64,000 nucleotides of DNA. It comes from a virus. Its lineage: Duplodnaviria > Heunggongvirae > Uroviricota > Caudoviricetes. The notes beneath the pieces were generated by a model that searched no databases, was not told the DNA's origin, and saw only the letters and a program-made list of their open reading frames with translations. Below are positions 54,183 through 63,767 of the stretch, piece after piece. Each line of letters begins with the position of its first letter. The first letter of the stretch is position 1. The position numbers and the translations under genes were made by a program. The DNA is taken from the IMG/VR virus record IMGVR_UViG_3300031760_000026, one strand, 5' to 3'.

Positions 54183-55197
54183 TGTTTAAGCAAGATATAA
54201 GTGCATCCGTATTAGATGACAAAATAAAGTAATAAGCATCTGCTGGGACAGTTCTTGTATTGCTTGCAGTTCGGGATAACTCTGGAATAGCAGATAGCGG
54301 TGTCTTATCTTGTCTAAAAAACCAGTTGCTCTTAACGCCAGCGGTGCCTTCTTGCGGCATTGGTGGAATAACAATCGTACTGGCTCCATTGCAAGGCACA
54401 TAACCAGTTCTGTCCCATCCGTTATAATTGGCCAACTTACCAGAGTTTGCTATGCAATATTGATTCTCGACGATTGTAATATTCGTATACGCAACGCCAT
54501 CAGTCCAACCATTCATATCCGATGTCGGTTCATGTTCAGTCACAGTCACATTAAATGTATCCATCTTCCCGCCGTAGGCTACGGTGATGGTGCTTGCCCC
54601 CACAGTCAGCGTACCAGATAGCGTGTAATCCGTCACAGTTTCCGTTGTACTGTCAGCATATGTAGCAGTGACCGTCAAGTATTGACGTAAAGTGTTGATG
54701 CTACTATTTTCATAAATAACCGCTTGCCCTTGCGTAAACACGGCAGAAATTGAGACGATTGCCGAAGTTGCCGTGACAGTAATAACCAAATTGCCTGTCA
54801 CATTTGGAATGCTGATAGTGCCGTTATTATAAAACCCTGTCACACTTTGACCTCCCATTGTTGCAGTTGCGGTAGCGCCCTCAAGCGTATAGCCCGAAGA
54901 AGCTGTGATAGTTGCCGTATAAGTGCTGCCCTCGGCGATAGATGCAGAATAATTAGATGTAGTGCATCCCGTAAGGTTGTTTGTGATACTGTACATAGTT
55001 GCGGGAGTCAGTGCCGTTTCAAGAGCATCATAATATGTCTGCCCATTAGCATTGACCCATGCAACATTCCGAAAGCAAGCTAACAAAGCCTGTTTTGCCT
55101 GTGCCGACAATCCACCACTGTCTTGCGGCAGATTCTCCAAGGCATTATAGTCGTATCTTTGGACTTGCCCGTTAATGTTGAATCCTTTTATGCTCAT
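54160..55197 (-). CDS. tail fibre / receptor-binding-like protein (Thr/Ser-rich)
   Basis: The N-terminal GFNINGQVQRYDYNALENLPQ motif is shared with ORF 61720..61905. The body is Thr/Ser/Gly-rich and beta-rich. Confidence 0.5.
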   Translation of the reverse strand: MSIKGFNINGQVQRYDYNALENLPQDSGGLSAQAKQALLACFRNVAWVNANGQTYYDALETALTPATMYSITNNLTGCTTSNYSASIAEGSTYTATITASSGYTLEGATATATMGGQSVTGFYNNGTISIPNVTGNLVITVTATSAIVSISAVFTQGQAVIYENSSINTLRQYLTVTATYADSTTETVTDYTLSGTLTVGASTITVAYGGKMDTFNVTVTEHEPTSDMNGWTDGVAYTNITIVENQYCIANSGKLANYNGWDRTGYVPCNGASTIVIPPMPQEGTAGVKSNWFFRQDKTPLSAIPELSRTASNTRTVPADAYYFILSSNTDALISCLNNGVVPHA

Positions 55198-55207
55198 ATA
55201 ATGCTCC

Positions 55208-56242
55208 TTATGATGACATTCCGTAGATTGACAAAGATGCGCTCGTTATTTTCACAGAACTCGTATACGGGAATATCCTCAAATAGTCAAAAGATGTTTT
55301 TGAAGTTGATGTGATTCTGTTTGTGCCAACGGGCTGTGCAAGCGTATAACCGTTGATAGCTTTACTTGCAACAGTCACTTTCGGATAACCAACTATTCTG
55401 TACGCCAGATTAAAAGTTGTCCCTTTTGCTGTATACGATGCGGTGTTTGTAGCCAAAGTATCAAATTGGGTATAAAGCCAATCCGAAGCGGATACCGTCA
55501 CCGTCCCGACAACATACAAAATTGGGTTTGATTTCAGATTCGTTGGTAGAGTCCATCTAATGTCTGATACTTGAGAACTGACAGAAATTGTGTCTAACAA
55601 CGTAAGCGTTGGTGTCCCTGACTGAACATTTACAACCGCAGAAGCATAGTTTGTTACATCGAATGTACCATTCTCGGTAATTGTTAGGCTTCCTGTCGGC
55701 GTAGAACCGCCACTCACATTAACGGTCAGAGAATTGATGAGCGTGGTATCAACTGTTCCATTCTGTGTAACCGTGTCGCTTGTCTGTGCCACAAGAGCGC
55801 CGCTTGAAACAACCTTGCCCTCATCCGCAGAAGTGTATCTGTTCGGCACGTTCACCGTCACTTCGGAAAAGCCGCTCATGCCCTCAGTCGAAGCGGTATA
55901 CGTTCCGTTTGAGACAATCGTGCGTTCGCCAACACCAGGCGTGAACACCTGACTTGTGATGTCCACGCCGCCCATCGTCACGGTAATGTTGCGAATCGCG
56001 TTACCAGCCGTTGGGGTCAAGTCCATGAAAAATGAGTTTCCTGCAAGAACCTGTGTATCATCAACGGTGGTAGTAACATTGGTGAGCGTCTTTGTGATGG
56101 AGTAGGTGGGGGTTACTGGTTTTGTGTATACTACGGTTATATCATCTTCGCAGTATTTACCCTTGGTATTTACTTTTTTCGTCAAGCTCGATGAGAACTC
56201 AGAAATAGCAGAGCCTTTATAACGGATACTTACATCTGCCAT
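55208..56242 (-). CDS. tail fibre-like Thr/Ser/Val-rich protein
   Basis: 344 aa of T/S/V/G-rich beta-type sequence in the tail module. Confidence 0.45.
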   Translation of the reverse strand: MADVSIRYKGSAISEFSSSLTKKVNTKGKYCEDDITVVYTKPVTPTYSITKTLTNVTTTVDDTQVLAGNSFFMDLTPTAGNAIRNITVTMGGVDITSQVFTPGVGERTIVSNGTYTASTEGMSGFSEVTVNVPNRYTSADEGKVVSSGALVAQTSDTVTQNGTVDTTLINSLTVNVSGGSTPTGSLTITENGTFDVTNYASAVVNVQSGTPTLTLLDTISVSSQVSDIRWTLPTNLKSNPILYVVGTVTVSASDWLYTQFDTLATNTASYTAKGTTFNLAYRIVGYPKVTVASKAINGYTLAQPVGTNRITSTSKTSFDYLRIFPYTSSVKITSASLSIYGMSS

Positions 56243-57504
56243 TATGTCACACTCCCGTCATATATCGGTAACTGCAAGGTAAACAAAGAAGCCCCAGAAG
56301 CATTCTTATAGGTAATCAGACCAGCACTATTGATTGACGCTTGCGTTGGGGCGTTTGTCGCAGTTGTAGCAGTAGTAGCGGTAGTGGCGGTGGTAGCAGA
56401 GGTAGCATTTCCAGATAGTGAACCTACAAAATTTGTGGCATATACATTAGCCCACTTCAAAGAAGAAGAGCCTATGTTTACACTATTATTGGAATATGGG
56501 TAAAAGCTTGCTCCATTAAGCAACGATAAGTTATAGCTCCCATCCCAACTATACGGATGCTCAAATTCGCTTCCCTTACCTTGATCGCCCCAACGATGAG
56601 TTAAAAACCTAACAGAGCATAATCCCAAGGAAGCATTACTTGCACTGTTACTATTCCATGTTAAGGTTAAACGCACACTATCTTGGCAAGTCGCTGTATT
56701 TCTTATCCAGATGGGCGTTTGAGTATAATACAGATTTTGAGCGCTCATCATGCTCGTCCAAGTAGAGCCACCGTCACTACTTGTTTCTAATAGAATATCA
56801 AAATGAGCAGATGGGTTTTTATAAGTGACACCCAAAACGACCCAAGAAGCCATAGAAGCATAAAACCCGCCCCTAAGCCAAGTCCATCTGGAACCCTTAA
56901 TTGTAGAAGAAAGCACAGTAGACTCGCCCCACGCTTCTTTATGAGCGAAAAGGTTTTTTTCCAATGTACCCTCTGTCCATGTAGAGCCATCGGTAGATGT
57001 ATAATATTTTGGCGTAGTTGCTCTGCAAAAAGCCCAAATATCATGCCACAGAAACTTAGGGATGGGGGATTGGATAATTGTTTGCGAATTAGCGGGAACT
57101 ACCGTACCGCTTGAAGCTGGATAAGTTGAGCCTACGGATAGAGAAGTTGTTCCAGAAAAGGTTTTATTACCAGCAATTGTTTCATTTCCGCTTGTTGCAA
57201 CTGCACCTACATTGGCGGCGGTAATATTTACATTTCCAGTACGATATGAGCTTTCGGAGTTTCCTTTTACTCCAGTTACACTATTTGCATCCGCACCCCA
57301 TACGACATCATAATCAGTATTACTATTTTTCTTGAGAACTTGGCCTGTTGTTCCTCCAGACGGCAAGCCAGGAATAACAGCAATCAATCCCGCAAGATCA
57401 TCTGAGTTCGCCCCTTGTGGCACAGTAACTCCTTTTGCAGCAACGGCATCAAACGAGTCTGACACATTACCAGAGATGCGATTAATTTCGCTTTGAATGC
57501 TCAT
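56242..57504 (-). CDS. tail fibre-like protein
   Basis: 420 aa, Gly/Ser/Thr/Asn-rich, ending in an Ala/Thr repeat (TTATTATTATTATNAPT). Confidence 0.45.
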   Translation of the reverse strand: MSIQSEINRISGNVSDSFDAVAAKGVTVPQGANSDDLAGLIAVIPGLPSGGTTGQVLKKNSNTDYDVVWGADANSVTGVKGNSESSYRTGNVNITAANVGAVATSGNETIAGNKTFSGTTSLSVGSTYPASSGTVVPANSQTIIQSPIPKFLWHDIWAFCRATTPKYYTSTDGSTWTEGTLEKNLFAHKEAWGESTVLSSTIKGSRWTWLRGGFYASMASWVVLGVTYKNPSAHFDILLETSSDGGSTWTSMMSAQNLYYTQTPIWIRNTATCQDSVRLTLTWNSNSASNASLGLCSVRFLTHRWGDQGKGSEFEHPYSWDGSYNLSLLNGASFYPYSNNSVNIGSSSLKWANVYATNFVGSLSGNATSATTATTATTATTATNAPTQASINSAGLITYKNASGASLFTLQLPIYDGSVT

Positions 57505-57516
57505 TATAGCACCCCC

Positions 57517-59340
57517 TTAAATAGCCGCAAGCGCTTCCTCAATATCTCCCGTAAGACTCACAGTACCGCCAGAAGTATACCCACCAGGAACAGTGTAGGA
57601 AGTGGTGGTAAGGCCGTCAATGCTTCCGCTAATTGCTCCGTTATTGGTCATAGTACCCGTGATCTGCTTGGCAGTACCATTCACAATGGTATGCGCTTTG
57701 ACCCCTGCGAGGATGTTTGCCGCCACAGCGGTATCGCCCGTTGTGTCACCGAATTTTGCGGGAATAGCGGCAACAGTTACAGATGACAGGACTTTACCTG
57801 TAGATGGGGAAATAGTCTGCGAAGAGGTAGTCGGAGTAGCGCTCTTAGTTTCAGTCGTGATTGACACAGTACCGCTGCCGTTGTGGTAACCAGCGGGGAT
57901 GGTGTAGCTCTTGGTGGTGGTGTTAAGCGTCTGGGTAACCGCACCACGGTTGACCATAGTGCCTTCGACCTCAGTGCCATCTGCTGCGACAATAGTTTTA
58001 CCCGCAAGTACATCACCGGCTGCGGCATCGACATTCGTAACATCCTGATATGCCGCAGGAATCGCATTAACAGTTACCTTGCTGAGAACTTTGCCAGCAG
58101 TCGGGGTAATGTTTTGAGCAGATTTAGTCGGGGTTGCAGTCTTAGTTTCAAGCGTGATCTGTACTTTGCCAGATCCGTTATGATAACCGGCGGGGACGGT
58201 ATAAATCTGATTGTTGGTCGAGGCGTCAAGCGTTTTTGACACAGCCCCATTGTTTGGCATTGTGCCGGTTACAGCAACAGCTTTGCTGGAAGTCTCATTA
58301 TAGCTATGAGCAGTCACACCATCAAGAATATTGGCGGCAATAGCTGTATCGCCAGTAGTATCAGCAAAATTTGTAGGAATAGCCGCTACAGTAACCTTAC
58401 TAAGTACTTTACCACTTGTAGGAACGATATCTTGACTTGCAGTAGAAGGTGTTGCAGTCTTAGTTTCAAGCGTGATCTGTACTTTGCCAGATCCGTTATG
58501 ATAACCAGCGGGGACGGTATAACTCTGGTTTCCAGTAGTAGTATCAAGTGTTTTTGATACTGCCCCATTGTTCGGCATCGTACCAGTTACAGCAACAGCC
58601 TTATCAGAAGTCTTGTTGTAGCTGTGAGCAGTTTCGCCAATAAGAATGTGGGCAGCAGTCGCAGTATCATCTGTGGTGTCTGCATACACATCATCAATTG
58701 CGGAAACGGTGACCTTACTGAACACCTTGCCCGCCGTTGGCGTAAGAACTTGTTCATCTTCGCTTGGAAACACTACTCTTTCTTCAAGTGCAATCTGGAC
58801 TTTACCAGAACCACTATGGAATCCCTTAGGAACCGTATAACTCTGATTCCCAGTAGTCGCATCAAGCGTTTTGTTAACTGCCCCAACGTTGGTCATAGTG
58901 CCAGTCACCGAAGCTCCAGTAGCATCGACAATAACTTTGCCAGCAAGCACATCACCTCCAGTAGCAGTAACGGCAGAGACATTCTGATAAGCTTCTGGAA
59001 TTGGGTTCACAGTCACATCGGATAAGCCATAATAACCTGCGTCAGGAGTAACACTCTGCTGATTTTTGGTAGGTGTTGCAGTCTTACTCTGTAAAGAATA
59101 ATTGCCGCCACCAGCTACGCCACTTACGGTGCCACTGCCATTGTGATATCCAGCGGGAATGGTGTATGTGTCACCCTCTCGTACAGTCGCGGATACAGAG
59201 CCACGATTGGTAATTCCATCGACAGCAGTAGCAAGCACGTCGAGCTTACTTGTACTTGTGGCCAAGCCTAGCTCGATCATCTTGTCTCGTATAGTATTTC
59301 TCGCATCTGTTAAACGCGAAATTTCAGTTGCAGTACTCAT
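57517..59340 (-). CDS. tail fibre protein with ~5 tandem ~85-aa repeats
   Basis: The module ...GTMPNNGAVSKTLD.TTGNQSYTVPAGYHNGSGKVQITLETKTATP...KVLSKVTVAAIP recurs about five times. The DNA copies are near-identical (for example ~90 bp at 58141 vs 58461). Confidence 0.55.
   Translation of the reverse strand: MSTATEISRLTDARNTIRDKMIELGLATSTSKLDVLATAVDGITNRGSVSATVREGDTYTIPAGYHNGSGTVSGVAGGGNYSLQSKTATPTKNQQSVTPDAGYYGLSDVTVNPIPEAYQNVSAVTATGGDVLAGKVIVDATGASVTGTMTNVGAVNKTLDATTGNQSYTVPKGFHSGSGKVQIALEERVVFPSEDEQVLTPTAGKVFSKVTVSAIDDVYADTTDDTATAAHILIGETAHSYNKTSDKAVAVTGTMPNNGAVSKTLDTTTGNQSYTVPAGYHNGSGKVQITLETKTATPSTASQDIVPTSGKVLSKVTVAAIPTNFADTTGDTAIAANILDGVTAHSYNETSSKAVAVTGTMPNNGAVSKTLDASTNNQIYTVPAGYHNGSGKVQITLETKTATPTKSAQNITPTAGKVLSKVTVNAIPAAYQDVTNVDAAAGDVLAGKTIVAADGTEVEGTMVNRGAVTQTLNTTTKSYTIPAGYHNGSGTVSITTETKSATPTTSSQTISPSTGKVLSSVTVAAIPAKFGDTTGDTAVAANILAGVKAHTIVNGTAKQITGTMTNNGAISGSIDGLTTTSYTVPGGYTSGGTVSLTGDIEEALAAI
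57700..59100. repeat. intragenic tandem DNA repeats (~255-bp period) within the tail fibre gene
   Basis: GTCTTAGTTTCAAGCGTGATCTGTACTTTGCCAGATCCGTTATGATAACC(A/G)GCGGGGACGGTATA appears at both 58141 and 58461. Related copies occur at ~57820 and ~58780. Confidence 0.6.
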
Positions 59341-59352
59341 TAACTTGTCTCC

Positions 59353-60237
59353 TTAAATTGTAGCTAATAACGCGTTGATATTACCAATTTCAGTATATAC
59401 AGCAGCAGCAGTAATTGGCCTAGTATTATCTTTCTCTGCGGAATTAGCAGGAGGAATCCATGCGACATTATAATCACCATTTGAGGTTTTCATAAGTATA
59501 TCGCCTTCATTTCCTCCAGTAGGCAATGCCTCTGCAGATGAGGCAAGATCTAATTCGGAAGATGTAAGATCACCAACAAGTTCCACACCATTAATGCTTG
59601 GCAAATTATTCAATTTGCTGTAATCATTTGTAAGCTCACAAGTTTGTTCATTTGCCCAGCCTAAAGATGTACATTCAATATATTTTACGGAGATTTTATC
59701 TTCAGAAGATATGCTCTTCGTAAGAGCAAAAAATCTAAAACTGTTTTCAGAATAGCTATAAAGCTCAAAAATATCACCAAGTTGATTTTGAGCAATAATG
59801 TATTTATTATCCTGAAATGCTCTCTGTAATTCAGAATATTCGGTTATAGAAATAGTAGCCCAAAAAACCGAATTAGAAGAGATTGGCTGAATACTATCTT
59901 CCCAACCTGATTCGGTACATAGCAAACTAATAATGGAAAATGAATCCAGACCGTCTTCTTTACAAATAGATTGGAATATGAATTTATCGTTTTCTCTTAT
60001 TGTTAATGCACAAATATAGTCAAGATATCGAACGAGAATCTGTTTTCCACTAGTATATTCAGTCTCTATTCTTTCATATGCAGTTGAGTCATATATTGCC
60101 CAAAATAACTCAGAATCTTTTCCAGGAGCCATACTAATGTTTCCCGTTACAGATCCTATAGACGATAACCGACCAGCAACAATCTTCGGCCTTTCAATCG
60201 AGCTTTGAATAGTAGAGGATTTAATTAACTCAGCCAA
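59353..60237 (-). CDS. tail fibre / tail-associated protein
   Basis: 294 aa. The C-terminal region is Gly/Asn-rich (TGGNEGDILMKTSNGDYNVAWIPPANS). Confidence 0.4.
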   Translation of the reverse strand: MAELIKSSTIQSSIERPKIVAGRLSSIGSVTGNISMAPGKDSELFWAIYDSTAYERIETEYTSGKQILVRYLDYICALTIRENDKFIFQSICKEDGLDSFSIISLLCTESGWEDSIQPISSNSVFWATISITEYSELQRAFQDNKYIIAQNQLGDIFELYSYSENSFRFFALTKSISSEDKISVKYIECTSLGWANEQTCELTNDYSKLNNLPSINGVELVGDLTSSELDLASSAEALPTGGNEGDILMKTSNGDYNVAWIPPANSAEKDNTRPITAAAVYTEIGNINALLATI

Positions 60238-60238
60238 G

Positions 60239-60574
60239 TTAATCGACCTCCTCCGTTAATTTAAATTTCGCTTTCGATATAAATGTATCAACATCACCAT
60301 TTGCATACGTGAGCTGAATATCATATACATAACTAGATGGTTGGGGAAGGTTTTTAGTATCTTCTGGCTCAATATGCAAGAGGAGAGTGTCCGTTGGAAT
60401 ATCTTTAATAAAAATGGGGACCTCATCGTTATAGTCATGTTTAATTGCGAATCTCACGGAGTCCCCTTCTTGAGGAACATATGGAGTACCATCATCGTAT
60501 TCCATCGGAACGTGCACTTTAATAGTATCTCCTCTAGTAGCCACAATTGTGGTACCTGAAACTTTTACGGACAT
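60239..60574 (-). CDS. hypothetical small beta-rich protein (tail module)
   Basis: 111 aa. Confidence 0.35.
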   Translation of the reverse strand: MSVKVSGTTIVATRGDTIKVHVPMEYDDGTPYVPQEGDSVRFAIKHDYNDEVPIFIKDIPTDTLLLHIEPEDTKNLPQPSSYVYDIQLTYANGDVDTFISKAKFKLTEEVD

Positions 60575-60633
60575 TAGCGGCTACCTCGCTTCTATTTTGA
60601 ATTTTCTAAATGAATCTATGATTCGTTGAGGAA

Positions 60634-60987
60634 TTATTCAGCAGTCTCCTCAGCACCAGAAAGATTGGCATTAGGATCAATAGTAAGTCTAATACTCTTC
60701 TTTGAAGTAATATTGTCAATTACAGTATCGCTAACATTAAAGAGCCACTTTTGCTTTTCGCCCTGGCTGTCCACCATAAGAACGCCATCACTCTCAGCTT
60801 CCGGAACACCAAAGACAATGCAAGAAAGAATCGTGTAAACACCAGCAACTGCCGCGACAGACAGAATCTGAAGCCAGTCGAAATCCGTCAGACCCTTTCC
60901 GATAGTCAGCATGCCAAGCGCCACCTCAGCTGCGGTCTTAATTGCACGAACGAGGGTCGCAAGAATCCATTCCTTAGTGAGTTTCAT
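60634..60987 (-). CDS. holin-like small membrane protein
   Basis: 117 aa with two TM helices (AAEVALGMLTIGKGL; LQILSVAAVAGVYTILSCIVFGV) and a charged tail. Confidence 0.4.
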   Translation of the reverse strand: MKLTKEWILATLVRAIKTAAEVALGMLTIGKGLTDFDWLQILSVAAVAGVYTILSCIVFGVPEAESDGVLMVDSQGEKQKWLFNVSDTVIDNITSKKSIRLTIDPNANLSGAEETAE

Positions 60988-61469
60988 AAGTCTTCTCCTT
61001 CTTTTAAGAAATCATTCTGTTGAATATGCTTATCATAACGACGACGAATCTCTTTAATTGCCGATGTGATTTCACCATTCTTAATTTTATTAGATTCCAC
61101 ATAGAGCTCGTATTCATCACATTTCTTGATGACAAACCGATATTGCTCTTGCGTATGCCGTTGACCGTTCATACTGGAACTACAAAAATCGAGAATATCT
61201 CTTCTAGTATCTTTGAGATCTTTTACTTTTGATTCCGTGATATGGTTATCAAGTTTCTTCTCGACCTCTTTAATACTTTCTTTTAATTCGTCAACTTCTT
61301 TTTTTACTCCAGCATTAAGCTTTTTACCCAACCAAGTAAAAATAGTATCCCATGGATTACATTTGATCGGGGTGATCTGGATCAATGTAAGTAGAACAAT
61401 TAAGAGGAAGCCCCCAATGGAGACTCCCTCTTTTAAGTCTACTAGAGATATAAGATTGTTAAGAGACAT
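60984..61469 (-). CDS. membrane-anchored hypothetical protein
   Basis: N-terminal TM helix (VSIGGFLLIVLLTLIQI), then a Lys/Glu-rich helical domain. Confidence 0.35.
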   Translation of the reverse strand: MSLNNLISLVDLKEGVSIGGFLLIVLLTLIQITPIKCNPWDTIFTWLGKKLNAGVKKEVDELKESIKEVEKKLDNHITESKVKDLKDTRRDILDFCSSSMNGQRHTQEQYRFVIKKCDEYELYVESNKIKNGEITSAIKEIRRRYDKHIQQNDFLKEGEDL

Positions 61470-61710
61470 GATCGTTTTCTTCCTTTATTCTCTCTAAATC
61501 GGTCAAATATTCTTTCCTATCTCTGGCATGTTCTTTGGCAGTCTTGATCCATCCGCATACTCCGCATTCTCCGAAGAGAACTCCGTAAAAGCAAGTGCAG
61601 AGAGTATCTGGAATCATGCCATAACGCCAGAATGTAATCAGCATTATCGTCGTGAAGGAAATAAAAAGGAGTGCGAGGATAATGAGCACAAAGTCAAGTG
61701 TTTTCATCAC
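61459..61710 (-). CDS. small membrane protein (two TM helices)
   Basis: 83 aa: FVLIILALLFISFTTIMLITFW ... CFYGVLFGECGVCGWI. Confidence 0.4.
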   Translation of the reverse strand: MMKTLDFVLIILALLFISFTTIMLITFWRYGMIPDTLCTCFYGVLFGECGVCGWIKTAKEHARDRKEYLTDLERIKEENDHVS

Positions 61711-61719
61711 AGCATATAA

Positions 61720-61905
61720 TTAATCGCCAATAATAAAGATACTGACAATTTTATCTCCAACCGCTTTTGCATCCGCAGCCTGACCTTGTTGGGTCAAAGT
61801 GGCATCAACAAATATTTCAGGTGGAATAGTTGGTTTATTTTCGAGACTATTATAATCATACTTCTGGACTGCGCCATTCTGATCTACAAATCCATGAATA
61901 GCCAT
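61720..61905 (-). CDS. small protein with tail-fibre N-terminal motif
   Basis: GFVDQNGAVQKYDYNSLENKP parallels the N-terminus of 54160..55197. Confidence 0.35.
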   Translation of the reverse strand: MAIHGFVDQNGAVQKYDYNSLENKPTIPPEIFVDATLTQQGQAADAKAVGDKIVSIFIIGD

Positions 61906-61908
61906 ACA

Positions 61909-62112
61909 TTATTCTCCCTTATAAGTAAAATATAAAAGCCCATTCTCGTCGACATAGAACCCGGTTCTGGCATTTAGATCCAACGTTCCGGTTATAGCCT
62001 CGCCATTAGCTGCATGGGCGGTCTCTCCAGACATTAATTTTCCCTTTTTTACGGTGTCGTTTGAAATGTCCATTAAAGTCTGGCCATTAAAAGTGATCTT
62101 ACTTATTTCCAT
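61909..62112 (-). CDS. hypothetical small protein
   Basis: 67 aa. Confidence 0.3.
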   Translation of the reverse strand: MEISKITFNGQTLMDISNDTVKKGKLMSGETAHAANGEAITGTLDLNARTGFYVDENGLLYFTYKGE

Positions 62113-63734
62113 TTTGAATTTTCCTCTAGCCCCTTAACATGGTCAGTTAATGTGGTCATCAAATTTCCGCACTTATAAAAGTATCGCCCATCATTTCGAG
62201 TAAGTGTACGAGAAGTGATGATCGTTTCCAAAATCTCTCCACGTAATCTAAGAATCATGGGCTGATAATATTCAAATTGTTTATCACTATAAAACTCGAT
62301 CTTATGATTATCGCTATTGCCAGAAAAAGCACCAGTAGCGACCATTAAAGGAGATTCGTTGATATTTGCCTGATAGACATTCCAAGCTCCCTGCGGCCGA
62401 ACCTCTGGAGGCTCTATGACAATCTGCTTATCGGTTGTAAGATAGTAATCAAGGACTCGATAATAAGTGCCATGTTCTTCGGAATACTCTTCTTGCAAAG
62501 GGCCCTCTTTTATTACAGAGCTCTTAATTAAATCCGGTAATTCCAGAGTAATATATTTATTGTCTCCATCTTGCTGATAAGCTCCATCAACACGAATGAC
62601 GGAATAAAGATTGCACGAATCCGTATCATCAATATCCGAAAGATCATACCATTCAGTAAAATGGTTGCCTGCTTCAGGAGTTCTGTCCCATTCTGGTTCA
62701 GCTCTTAAAAGAACCTTAGTATCATCCCATGTACTACCAAGCACTAAGTCAAATCGGTTATTAGTATATTTCACAGATTCTGTTGCTTGCGTTTCTGGCC
62801 ATTCAATATAGACTCTGGCTTGTAATCTAATTTTGCCTGTGAGTTTCGTATTATGAATATCCTCACGGACCTGGATTAGAAACTTAATGTTATCTCTAGC
62901 AGCATCAGTAAGTTCACTCTGAGCTAAAACATTGGACTGGTCATTAAATTCCTGAAGCACAGTAGCCTTTGCACAATAGCTTGCATCATAGGATTCTGAT
63001 TGAATGATTGAATGCCCATCGCCGAATACAACATAACCAGATTCATAATCGGCGGTCAGGACATCAACTTCCATCGTATTATTTGGTGTATTCTTAAAAT
63101 TGATAATAACCCCGTCTTTTCGAGCTGTTTCGAAAATATCACTTGGAATAATGTATCCAAACTGATCTGGCTCAATAGTGCACTCAGTTTCATCAGTTGC
63201 TGTCACAGTCATATAAGACATTGTGTATTCGGAATCAGGGCAATTGACGCCAAAGTCATTATCAAGAATGTTCTTTATCAAAGTTCCATATGTTTTTGAG
63301 CCATCATATAAGACTGCTCTGCTGAATGCATAAATTGGATGCTGAATTGTCAAATCAAGACTATCATCCGATGGGCTGCATTCAGAAATATAATAGACAT
63401 ATTGATTATTTTCTATAGTCCGAGCGTTAATATTAAACTCAAGACCACCGGTAGCCAATGGATTCTCATAAACATTCAACCCACTACCTGAAATATTTAA
63501 TATGACGCCGCCCTCTTCATCAACTTCAGTAGTAAAAGAGTAGGGGTTATTCTTGTAGCTCGATTTACCATCTCCGATGATCAACCAGCAGCCTACATAC
63601 TTAGTCATAAGCTGAACTGGATCTTTTTCATAGATAGTAATATGGCCATCTTCTCCATCAGTTAATGAATAGCTGACGGCGTCATACTTAGCGATGGTCT
63701 TAAAATCCTTAAAGCTTTTAATGTAACAGATCAT
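62103..63734 (-). CDS. large tail/baseplate-associated structural protein
   Basis: 543 aa in the structural module with GGAGG 6 nt upstream of ATG. No catalytic motif recognised. Confidence 0.4.
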   Translation of the reverse strand: MICYIKSFKDFKTIAKYDAVSYSLTDGEDGHITIYEKDPVQLMTKYVGCWLIIGDGKSSYKNNPYSFTTEVDEEGGVILNISGSGLNVYENPLATGGLEFNINARTIENNQYVYYISECSPSDDSLDLTIQHPIYAFSRAVLYDGSKTYGTLIKNILDNDFGVNCPDSEYTMSYMTVTATDETECTIEPDQFGYIIPSDIFETARKDGVIINFKNTPNNTMEVDVLTADYESGYVVFGDGHSIIQSESYDASYCAKATVLQEFNDQSNVLAQSELTDAARDNIKFLIQVREDIHNTKLTGKIRLQARVYIEWPETQATESVKYTNNRFDLVLGSTWDDTKVLLRAEPEWDRTPEAGNHFTEWYDLSDIDDTDSCNLYSVIRVDGAYQQDGDNKYITLELPDLIKSSVIKEGPLQEEYSEEHGTYYRVLDYYLTTDKQIVIEPPEVRPQGAWNVYQANINESPLMVATGAFSGNSDNHKIEFYSDKQFEYYQPMILRLRGEILETIITSRTLTRNDGRYFYKCGNLMTTLTDHVKGLEENSKWK

Positions 63735-63767
63735 AAGAACCTCCGCTCACAAATATAAGTTTTAAGA

